DNA from: Octopus sinensis
Taxonomy: Eukaryota
Reading direction: 5' to 3'
Length of the DNA stretch: 64,000 bases
Assembly (NCBI RefSeq): GCF_006345805.1
Contig: NC_043004.1
Location: 4,836,001-4,900,000, forward strand
Shown here: positions 1-10,400 of the stretch, in pieces
How the letters are laid out: every line of letters begins with the position of its first letter
How positions within the stretch are numbered: the first letter of the stretch is position 1
The notes under the pieces: model-generated
The model's input: only the letters and a program-made list of their open reading frames with translations
What the model was told of the DNA's origin: nothing
Database searches by the model: none
Program-made: the position numbers and the translations under genes

Positions 1-180
1 GAATAAGTGCTATAGACTGACCATATTTAAGTTCCAGATTCGGTAATATTGCGAAATAAAGAGTTCAACGTTGGTTCTATGTCAGCGTGTGTAAAGAAGA
101 ATTTTTTGCGTAATAAGATAAAAAAGCCAAGGCTGTGTAGATATTAGAGTGTTTATAGATAGAAGGTCTAACAGCTGTTT

Positions 181-186
181 CTCCCT

Positions 187-255
<69 letters not shown>
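181..255. repeat. Compound (CT)n(AT)n microsatellite
   Basis: Direct reading; explains ORF 77..355. Confidence 0.95.
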
Positions 256-258
<3 letters not shown>

Positions 259-643
259 ACCTATTTAGTTTTGTGAGGTACAAAGCAACCTCACCACTGC
301 TGGTTCTACTATAAAATGCATCCAGTACAGAACATCCTTGTAAAGTGGTTGACAAATAAGCAGAAGCAATATTAAGTCAAGAGGACGCTTTACCCTTGTT
401 GAAGACATGATAGTATTATTAGAACTTGTGTCACGATCAAATGTATCTTCATCACTCTTGTGAAATGGTTGGTGTTAGAAAGAACATCCATCCATAGTGA
501 CCATGTAAGAAATGGAATGTAAGAGCAAAATGTGGTTCTCTGACCTCTGCAGTGAGTCAAAAATAGGATCTGACTTAGATCATCAGTCCAGCTTATGCCA
601 GTATTGAAAATGAATATAAATTGATGATGATGATAAGTGTGGT

Positions 644-686
<43 letters not shown>

Positions 687-1058
687 TTATGGGGAATATC
701 TTTCAGTCTTTGTCTTTCTCTGTACCTGAGGTCAAACCCTACTAAGGTCAAGCTTCCCTTAAATCCATTCAGGGTTGATAAATAAAGTTCCAGTCAAGTA
801 CTGGAGTTGATTCTTCTCTGTAGAGAAATGGCTGTGTCCAGTTCTGAGGAGTGATAGCCTCTCTTTAGTTTAAGATGTCCATAATGCATCACATGTTTTA
901 AAATTGACAGTGATGTCTCAACAAGTTTATCAGGAGTTATGGGCCTAAGGAAAAAGGTGTGTATGTGCATGCATTATCTTTTATCTTTTAGTTGCTTCAG
1001 TCTTTTGACTGCAGCCATACTGGAGCACAGCCCTGTATGTATATATTCATACATAAAT

Positions 1059-1465
1059 AGGTGCGAATATGGCTGTGTGGTTAAGATGTTTGCTTCTCAG
1101 TAACCTGGTTTAGAGTTCAGCTTCACTGTGTGGAACCTTGGGTGAGCGTTTTCTACAATAGGCTCAGGCAGACCAAAATCTTGGATGTGGATTTGGTAGG
1201 TGGAAACTGAAATAGATGCCTGTTGTATGTGTCTGTTCCTGTTTTCTTGCCTTGACTTTGCATAATTGTTGCACACAAGTGCCACCATCACGCAAGCAAT
1301 GTCCTTCATTTCCAGTCTTCTGTAAAAACCAATCTGGTCATGGGGTAAATATTACCTTACTTGGCAACTGGTGAAGGTTGGCAATAGAAAGGGCATCTGG
1401 CAGTAGAAAATACGCTTAAAAAAATTTCATCCACCCATGCAAGCATAGAAAAATGGATGACTAAA
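1059..1465 (+). mobile_element. SINE family A head with A2 (RTE-like) tail
   Basis: Head ggctgtgtggttaag...gagttcag, ggatttggtag..ggaaactgaaa block and tail aagggcatc...cccatgcaagcat; matches copies at 26.3, 43.5, 56.9 and 62.7 kb. Confidence 0.8.
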
Positions 1466-2072
1466 GAAAATAGTCTAACATATATCTAACACATGTGTTA
1501 TATACTCCACTACGCCATTGCAGCCACTGGAAAATACACAAAGCATATACATTAGTATATGTATTTAACAATATATATGTTTGTGTGTGTTTATCCATCT
1601 GTGTTGCAAGATTCCTGATGTAAAATCATGAGTTGAAACAGATATTATTGTATTTTGGGATGATCTTTTTTTTTTTTTTAAATAAACACACGCACTATAT
1701 ATATATTTTTTTTCACTTGTTTATTACTGTTTTTATTTTAACTCATGTCCATTGTCCGGAAATCTTTCGTCACACATCTGTGACCTCTTCAATGTCACTT
1801 TTCATTTTCGTGTGTGTTCTTGCTCCGCTTACTTCATTCTATATATATATATATATATATATTTATATTGAATAATACAAATATGATGATATTTTTCCCC
1901 CTTTGTAAGGGTAATTTACCCAATATTTCTGCTGTTCTAATAGCAATTCTGTGTTCAAAAGAATATCATTGTATTTGTATCATACAATACACATTTCGAC
2001 ACTTATAAAAAACAAATGTTAGTTTGCATTATTTTCATTCAACGGATATTTGTCCTCATCTTGTTTGTTGTT

Positions 2073-2118
2073 AACACAACGTTTCGGCTGATATACCCTC
2101 CAGCCTTCTTCAGGTGTC
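2073..2118 (-). ncRNA. Minimal type I hammerhead ribozyme, core intact
   Basis: GACAC-CUGAAGA-A-GGCUG(loop 10)CAGCC-GAAA-CGU-U/GUGUU: stem I GACAC/GUGUU, stem II 5 bp, palindromic ACGU stem III. Predicted cleavage between 2078 and 2077. Confidence 0.75.
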
Positions 2119-2156
2119 TTGGGGAAATTTCGAACCTGAGTTCTCATTCCTAAGAT

Positions 2157-2383
2157 ATTTTTGATGTTGTTGTTATTATTATCATTATTATTGTTCAGGT
2201 CACTGTTTGGAATCAAACTCGGAATCTTGGGGTTAGTAGCCCATGCTCTTAACCACTACGTCATATGGCGACAGGCATATGGCGTAGTGGTTAAGAGCGT
2301 GGGCTACTAACCCCAAGATTCTGAGTTCGATTCCAGGTAGCGACTTGAATAATAATGATGATAATAATAACAACATCGAAAAC
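2157..2383. repeat. Head-to-head inverted repeat of a tRNA-like Pol III promoter (arms about 110 bp, 8-bp spacer 2268-2275)
   Basis: Plus arm has A box TGGCGTAGTGG (2280-2290) and B box GAGTTCGATTCC (2323-2334). Minus arm has TGACGTAGTGG and GAGTTTGATTCC. Confidence 0.9.
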
Positions 2384-2700
2384 TGCCATTTGTTCATTGA
2401 AATTGATAAGACAGTCTGTTTGACTGTAGCCAAGTTGGGTCAATGTCTTTAAGTCAATCCTACAATTTCCATACTTATATTGTCACTCTCTGTTTCTCAA
2501 ACCAGTGAGTAATGAGACAAACAATACGGGCTTTATACTGTGCAAACATAAACAGAAGTATAGCCATGCACAACCCATAAAGTCTTCTGGAATGAAACTC
2601 TTGAGCCACTGATATGGTTTCATGACTAAATAATTAAATAATATATTTAAAATATTATTTAAATACACATTCACCATTCACACACTTATAGTTTATTGCA

Positions 2701-2743
<43 letters not shown>

Positions 2744-2744
2744 T

Positions 2745-3070
2745 GCTTAGTTGTGTAAACTTCTAGCAAGAGGTCACTTGATTAAGCGTGCAGTGTTGAT
2801 TAAATTATTGGTTAACTCATTGCTCCAAGATGATATTGGAGTTCCTGCGAATTCTTCAAGAGCCAGGGTACTGATTTGAACCGACGACAATCTTGAGGCT
2901 AAAATCCTCCTTAAAAGTTGTCATTGAAGATTAGATTGCTTTGTTAGATCTTTTCTTATAGCAATTACTGTGAAAACACCTGATGAAGGCTGGAGGGTAT
3001 ATCAGCCAAAACGTTGTGTTAACAACAAACAAGATGAGGACAAATATCCGTCAAATGTAAATAATGTGAA
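2745..3070 (+). mobile_element. Penelope-like pLTR/3' fragment next to a (TAG)n array
   Basis: Ends in the same ~90-nt CTGATGA...AAACGTTGTGTT...GGACAAATATCCGT tail as the 2.0-kb element but has an unrelated upstream sequence. Penelope assignment rests on the hammerhead-type tail. Confidence 0.5.
2975..3020 (+). ncRNA. Minimal hammerhead ribozyme with G12>A core mutation (probably inactive)
   Basis: AACAC-CUGAUGA-A-GGCUG..CAGCC-AAAA-CGUU-GUGUU; position 3008 is A where the core needs G. Confidence 0.65.
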
Positions 3071-3886
3071 TAATTACTATCAAGTTCTGAACTTCTGTCT
3101 AATTAGCTTAAATAACCCTGGTGTGTGTGTGTGTGTGTGTGTTATTCATGTGTTTATCTTTCTATGACCCCTGCATCAGTACACATGCTAAGGTATTTAC
3201 AATGTCAGTTTCACAGTTCCATAACCCAAAGTTTCCTGTAAATATGTTCACCCCAGAAATGTTTACTGATCCTTTCTCATATGAATGATTTAAAATATTA
3301 TGCACACACAATGTAATAGATTGTATCAAGAGAATCCATTCCTTTCTGATATGTATTTGGATTTAGAATTTCTTTAAAGTTTAATATAAGGAAATGATTT
3401 TGTGTAACTCATTCTGCTTCATTAATATGGATTTTGAATGTCTCTGAAACTGTCATGGCAGTCTTGTGGTGAGTTACATAATTCTGTAGAAGAATAAGTG
3501 GTTTGACCTATTGACATTTCTGTGTTTTTTTTCTCTTTTTATATCTACTTATGGTTTATTCCTGCTTTTACCTCTCTTTACTAGTCCCTATATTTTTTTT
3601 ATCATTTGCTAAAACTCAATGTGATGAGGTAAACAATTTTCTAGTAATAGTGTGCAGTTTATTAACATATGTTTATTCACTGTAAACATTAATACCTTGA
3701 ATTTATGATTGAATAAACTAAGATTTTCTGTGTAAGCTGATATGCAGACATTAAATATACTAATTAAGAGACAGAAAAGAGAAACAGAACCAAATCTGAT
3801 CCTGTTTCTCTTCTCTATCCTGAATTGGTCTAATATTACTTTACAAGAAATATCTTCAGCTTTTCTGAAACATGCCATCAAACTGA

Positions 3887-4106
3887 ACATAGCATTTAAA
3901 CTGGCCATATCCAGGCCAAATAGTCTACCAGTTTTATGTTGAAACCAACCAGATTTGGCCTCTCATAACTACCCTTCAATGTCATTTTAAAAATATACAG
4001 TCACATCATTGAAATCTTGAAGCTAAGATAATGTATGATTAGTTCAAAACAGTGTGAATAAATAAGCATTATGTTTGACAGAGTAATCTGAATGCAAAAG
4101 AGTTAA
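3887..4106 (+). mobile_element. piggyBac-type MITE family G (left end eroded)
   Basis: agcatttaaactggccatatcc...gtaatctgaatgcaaaagagTTAA; homologous to 29407-29766. Confidence 0.7.
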
Positions 4107-4687
4107 ATGGGCAAGGACACTTATGTTTATAAATGATAACTATTACCTTGAACTTAAACAAAATGGAGTGTTAATTCTAAATATCCAAGGTGTTTTGATT
4201 AAATTAACCTTTTCTCGTGATTCAATCAAATATTTATAATGATTATATCAGTGTTAAAAAAAATATTCATAGTTTGTTGCATATATATTGTTGGCGTACA
4301 GTGAAATGGTTTTATTGTGTTCAGTTTATTACAAGAGCGGTGTTTTAATTTGGGGTACAATATGCCTGTTTCTCATTTTCTTCACTAAATATTCTGCAGC
4401 AGTGGGAATAAATAAATGAATGAATAAGTTGGTTCCCTGAGGTTGGTCTTGTGATTTCTTGGATTATACTGTTACTCAACATTGATAATCCTTGGATAAT
4501 CCTCCTTTAACCAAATGGTATGAATACTACTTTGCTATATGAGAAAATGTTGTCATACTTTGGGGATTATGAAATTAATCTGGTGGTGATCCATATACAA
4601 TAGTGTTGGTGGAGGTAACATTTTTTCTATATTGTTGTTGAAAGTGTGTGTGTGTTTATGACAGCATTGATGATGCCCTGTTCCATA

Positions 4688-4910
4688 TTAACCCTTTTCA
4701 TACCAAACTGTTTGAGATTGCCTCTGGTTCTGTGATATAAACTTCATACTTTAAAGTGACTGAGATTAAATCCTTCCCTCAAAACTTCACCTTAATTTAT
4801 ATTCCAAACACCAGCTTAATAATGACAAAATTATTTAAAATTCTTTGTTATTTTCATGATTAATTGAAACGAAGACTGTAGTTTACAGAAGTATGGTTAC
4901 AAATAGGTTA
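4688..4910 (-). mobile_element. piggyBac-type MITE family H (diverged)
   Basis: TTAAcccttttcatacc...ggttacaaataggTTAA; homologous to 63676-63895. Confidence 0.6.
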
Positions 4911-5009
4911 AACAAGCATAGGCAACCTTTAGAGGCTTTGGCACACAGTCTCTTAGAACAAGAGGCTTTATTCCTTCTGAAGGGTCACTAGAGCCTTTAT
5001 CTCTTCTCA

Positions 5010-5430
5010 AGGGTCATGGTATGACAAATGACATGTATCATCACCATTCTTTGTAGCTGTGAAGCTTGGGTAGTCTTCAATCATCATGCTATAAATCCTT
5101 GTACTTTCACATGAGTTACCTGGCTTGATTGTGTGCGTCACACTCAAATACTTGCAAAGAACATTATGAGCAACACTCAGCTAAAGAACCAAAGAAGTTT
5201 TAATAAGGATCACATGAACTGTGTTGTGAGGAAGTCCAAGATCAGGCTCAAGGAGTTTGGGGATGTTGCTACTGAATATATCACTTGGCAGCAGTGGGGC
5301 TGGAGGGTGATGGAGAAGGCAATCAGAAAACAGTGTGAGAGATGCCACCTTGGTTGCCACATCATTATGACCACACCTAACTGTACATGTCCTAACTGCA
5401 ATGGGTCTAGCTTGGGGATCACTAATGGGA
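5010..5430 (+). mobile_element. RTE-clade LINE ORF2 C-terminal relic
   Basis: Translates to TILCSCEAWV (compare LLYGCEAWT) and CTCPNCN (C-terminal zinc finger remnant); contains stops and frameshifts. Confidence 0.55.
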
Positions 5431-5689
5431 CTGTCCAGTCATCAGGATTTCAATGGACAACAGAAAAGGTGCTAGCCAGCGCATTTTGGACATGCTTAAA
5501 TATAATCTCCAACATGAATGCACATGTACTTATGCTCACATGTATGCATGCATGTGCATACACATGTTTTTAAAAATAGGTCTTAGTTAGATATTGTTAT
5601 TACTATTATAGACTTTACCTATCTATCAATATTTGTAACCATGTGTCTTGGAATATTGTCATACATTCACCATCCTATGCCTCTCAAGT

Positions 5690-6310
5690 AATGTGATTAG
5701 TAATATATAGGGGGCTAGCATTGAGAAACAGCAACAACATTCTCAAGGAAACACTAGTTTGTATGAGGATGAGATGCCAGGTCAGTTCTGGAAGACTTTG
5801 AGATCAGGGACTACTATGGATAATGACTAGAAATCTTGATACTGGCAGTGTTATGGAAGGGTGTTATCAGTTCATGATTAACTTTACATGTATAATGGTG
5901 CCATCAGATGGGATCACTTAGGATGCTTGTAGAACGATGAAACCATTCTGCTAACATTCATTCAATGTTCAAGCATTGCTGATTTGTTGACTTGTGAAGA
6001 ACAGCTGTTGTTGTATGTGGGATGGATCCGACTATTAGCTGATTTCATCTTAATTATCATTCTGCCAGCCTTAACTGGGTCAAACAAGCAGTTTTTGTCA
6101 AGTCGCAATGGCAAAAGAGATTGTCTAGTCAAAGCACTGAGAATAGACACTTAACTCTTCAGTCAAACCCTCATTGACATATTTCTAGTTCAACTTGGAA
6201 AGGAAGGTGATGATGGAGACGGAAGTGTTTTTCTCCATTGAATTTGCCAAAAGGCAGATGACTGGTGAAAATGGTAAGCATTAACGGAACTAATCTAAGT
6301 ATGTGCCTGT
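5690..6310 (+). mobile_element. Tx1/L1-clade LINE ORF2 3' relic
   Basis: Degenerate zinc knuckle CL*NDETILLTFIQCS at about 5924-5970; homologous to the 32.5-kb copy. Confidence 0.6.
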
Positions 6311-6595
6311 AGGTTGGAGAACAACATTTTAGAGGGTGTAACCTACTTTTGATGTTCTGGCAGTTAGGCAATTTTGAACCTGGCAGGGTTCCAACTGGAC
6401 CTCATTGAATCAGGTGGACTTGTATCATTCATGTATATATTTGTGTGATATATAAATTTTTATCTCATTTGCTGTTTTCTCCCACTAATCCTATTTTATA
6501 TAAATCCTGAGGCTTATGTCATCTACCTTTGTAATGTCTCCTTCATCCAGCACCCCCTGTGGCAAGCAAAGGAAATTATTATTATTATTATTATT

Positions 6596-7063
6596 GAGTG
6601 AGAGAGCAGCACATGCTATCAAAGTGACACTGGAGTGTGGATATATGAAACCCAACATACCTATCATAACTACCTGTCTGATAAGAGTATACCAGGCACA
6701 TGTGCCACAACCATATGTGTGCAACATGGTGATCTCATATCAAGATAAAAAGTGTGTGACCTACAGGTTTAGCCTGGTTAGAATTTTCTTCAGGTCAAGT
6801 AACCTATCTCACTCAAAAGGTCCCTGAATAAGGGTTGTTTAAGGATGTTGACCGTAACACCTATGTTTCCAGTGGTGAATTATTTAAACCCCAAAGAATC
6901 CTTCTCAACACATAGCTACGGTGCTTCCCTACTACTTCTTCTTGTGATCAGAGATGCACATATTGTCGGCCATTAAGGGACATGCTCAACTGGTTAAGGT
7001 CAAACAACTCTGTGGTATTGAGCAGAATATTTACTGTAGCCCATCTTTTTATACCAAGACAAA
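6596..7063 (-). mobile_element. Family J non-coding retro-like element ending in (AAT)n
   Basis: Reverse complement of 24434-24888; abuts (ATT)7 at 6575-6595. Confidence 0.75.
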
Positions 7064-7262
7064 ATGCGTAAATGATAACACTTCCAGTCAGTTAAGATGA
7101 GAAGCCACGAGAGCCAGTGCCTGATACTGCATCAGGGCATTTACTATTGTTGTTACTATTCTTTTTATCTCAGGTTTTTGTTGTAACCCTCGGAGTCTTG
7201 CATGCATAGTGGGCTTGCTGCCTGCAGCCTACAAGTACCATGTTATCTGTTGTTGTTGTTGT

Positions 7263-7462
7263 TCCCCTCCTCCACCGCTGCCTCCTCCTCCACCGCTGCC
7301 TCCTCCTCCACCGCTGCCTCCTCCTCCACCGCTGCCTCCTCCTCCACCGCTGCCTCCACTGCTGCCTCTCCTCCCCCCCTCCCCCTCCCCTCCCCTCCCT
7401 CCCCCTCCCCTCCCCTCCTCCTCCACTGCCTCCCCTCCTCCTCCCTGCCCCTCCCTCCCCAA
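7263..7462. repeat. 18-bp minisatellite (CCTCCTCCTCCACCGCTG, about 5.7 units) followed by a C-rich tract
   Basis: Four perfect units at 7281-7352 plus partial flanking units; the minus strand is G-run rich. Confidence 0.95.
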
Positions 7463-10400
7463 ATTTGAGGCCTTGTACTTCCAGTAGAAATGACTATTAT
7501 CATTATTGGTAGAGTGATGGATCAGCAGTATAGCAGACAAAATGCTTTCCAGCATTTGTTCTTGCTCTTTACGCTCCATGTTTGAATCTTGCAAGAGCCA
7601 ACATTGCCTTTCATCTTTTCAGGGTCAACAAAATACGATGCATCTGTCAAGTGCTGGGATCTATTTAACCAGTTAACTTCTCTGCCAAAATTTCTGACTT
7701 TGTATTGATACTAGAAACAATCATAATAGTCGTTATTGTTACCATTGCTGTCGTTGCCGCAGCCGTTTTCACTACTTTCACTCTTGGTTTGCAAAATGGA
7801 TAGGTTTTGGTACCTTGAGGTTTAGTAAACCAATGTAGAACCAGCATATGTGTGAATCCAATGATTAGTTGCACATTAATGCATTGCTACTGGTGCAGAC
7901 ACATATGCACCTATGCACACATCTTGCTCCCCTCATCCAGAGTAATATCATATTTTCTGGAAAATTAACAAAAAAGTTAATATTGGCAAACATATATTCA
8001 GGAATCAAAAGAAGCTGGTGGAGTGAATATAAAAGGTTTGTTAGCTTTCACTGACCCAGTATAGTATAAAACTATAGAAATGTCATGATATTTAACAAGA
8101 AAACTCCAGTAACTTATGATACTCTGGATACATTTTGGCATTCTGAATGTTTTGTAGGCAATATGGCATTGTCAACCTATGAAATGGAATAAATTACTTC
8201 TAAAGTGCATAGAATGTTGTTACCTTGGCAATTAAATTAGTCTTTGATCTTGTATCAAGTAGAACAGAGATTAGATTGTATTTTATCTGGAACATGCTAC
8301 TGTAAAGAATATCGTGTTTGTTCCATAAGTGTAGTTGTAGTTTACACTCAGATCACCTTTAACTAGATTGAAGTCACCTGTCCTTCTCTTGGCTATTGTG
8401 AATCAATGACTACATTATACAACATATCCTTCTCTTTTCGAGACACTAGAGTTTTAATTTGGGGGAGATATGGCTGCTGTTTCTAGCAGGTTGTGTAACC
8501 ATATAGAGGCTCCTCATTAAGACCATAATTTATGTACATTGTGTTTATGTATACACATGACACCGCCCTTTCCCCCACACTAGGAGCTTCTACTTTGTGT
8601 TGTTTATTGATAAATGTTATATCATTTATATTGTTTTCGTTACGTCAGTATGTTCAGCACTCTTCAAGAATGGTTCAATGGTTTTGTTCCATGACATTTT
8701 CTAGTGATTCTACAATGGATTATTCTTATCTTTGATAGAAAATGCTTACACTGTAGTTGCATAATGGTCCACTTATTGTTGAATATATGCATATAAAAGC
8801 TTCCCAGTTAGCAAAAACTGCAGAATGTAACGTGTCTAGTGCCTACATTGTTTTCTCTTGTTTAGTATGGGTTTATTTGTGAGCACCTCTAGATGAACTA
8901 GTTTAACATAACCTTTCTGATGTTATCAGCTTACTTTATGTCCCTACCATTACTTTTCCTCTTCATTACCCATTCTAGCATTGGCTCTCTCTCTCTCTCT
9001 TTTCATTTCTCCTTTCTTCCATTTCTCCTTTCTCACTGTCACTCCAATAGCTGTTTGCTCTGCCTTACTCTTGCTTCTTCCTCCTTCCCACTTTGCTGTA
9101 ACCCTCTATCCTACCTACTCAATTGGTCAATATATCCTGAATAAAGAAACAGAGACATCATAGAATGGTGAAAACGTTTTTTTTTTTTTTTTTTTTTTTT
9201 TTTGCAAGGCACAAGGCAACCTCACTCATGATGATGCCATGATAAAATGCTTTAAATAGATTCTGTGAAGTGTTTGGCAAAAAAACAGAGAAAATTTTAG
9301 GGTTGAGGGGTTTCTTTAAGTCCTGTCTTTTTGAGGACATAACATTTGTAGTGATTTGTTCTACCACTGTTCCACGTTTCTACCATCTATGTACATATTC
9401 AAGCAACAAAATACCAAGAAATATCAATGTGTGTGTTTAAACACTTTCCATCAAGGTTTTTGAGTTTAAGATCTTCCCTTTTTTTGTTTTTTTTTTTACC
9501 CAACAACAGTTTTCCAAAACATTTACATTTAATTTGGGTTCATCTTCTGTTTCATTTTCACCTTTGGGTTAATATTTGGTTTTAATGATTGAGTTGACAT
9601 ATGATCAAAGATGTTCCGGCCATACCATCTTTTTGTATAGGCAGGATTACATTATACAATGTTTCCATCCTGTTTTTAAGATGATCTAAAAAAGTTTTGC
9701 TACCATTTCTTGCAGGTCAAGTGACCATGTAAAGGCTTTCCTGATTGGCTCATCTGGCCTTGGTTTGTTAGACAGTACCAATGAAAACTTACCTTGGTGT
9801 TCTTTGGAACTGGTTATCTCATAACAAATTCTGTATGACCAGTTGATATCAAAGATTATTTTTACAAAGTCTCAATTATCATCACTATATTTAATCCAAG
9901 CTAAGTTGTGAGAATGATTTTTGAAATCTTGAGATGTAGAAATTAAGAAAATCGTTTTGTAGTTCTAGTAGTAACATTTCAAAATAAGATCCACAAACCT
10001 GAAATGCCTAAAGGAAAATTTTTTAAAAATTTAGTTTTCAACTCGAGACATCTCGATATATATTATCTCACAGCAGCTATTAAAGCAATTTAACCATTGT
10101 ATCTTTTATTTTATTTGTTCATGTAGTAATAAATTTAGCTTCCTTTCTTGTTATCTTACACATCTTATAATAATCTTTTACTTGTTAAAAAGAGAAAATG
10201 TGTGTGGGCGTGTATGTATATCAGTGTAATAATATGACAACATGTTACTACCCTTATCTTTTCACATGTTAGGCTTTCTATTTGCTTAGCTGCATTACCA
10301 ACATATTTGTTATTGCACTATGAATGATGCCCTCTGATAGCGATAACAGCAAACGGTACATTATATTATAAGGTAGATGACAGAATTATCTTATAACTGT

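Larger units (their letters stand above)
2020..2383 (-). mobile_element. tRNA-headed SINE-like element with hammerhead/Penelope-type tail and inverted duplicated 5' end
   Basis: Minus strand reads tRNA-like head (from about 2267), (AAT)n, 40-nt body, hammerhead (2118-2073), tail. Bases 2276-2383 are an inverted copy of the head plus (AAT)n. Confidence 0.7.

Noticed and set aside
2274-2346. Functional tRNA gene (anticodon position ACT)
   Set aside because: The acceptor and anticodon stems are mispaired, and it is embedded in a repeat as an inverted duplicate.
2280-2950. Long Pol III transcript from the plus-strand head to the second hammerhead
   Set aside because: A TTTT at 2951-2954 precedes the ribozyme, T4 scarcity extends beyond the elements, and 2385-2740 looks like ordinary flank.
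5120-5180. Open 61-nt minus-strand exon with good splice sites
   Set aside because: It lies within an RTE relic encoded on the opposite strand.
9793-10007. Minus-strand exon with AAG/GTAAGT donor and tandem acceptors
   Set aside because: Stops occur in all frames, and such sites are expected by chance in 64 kb.
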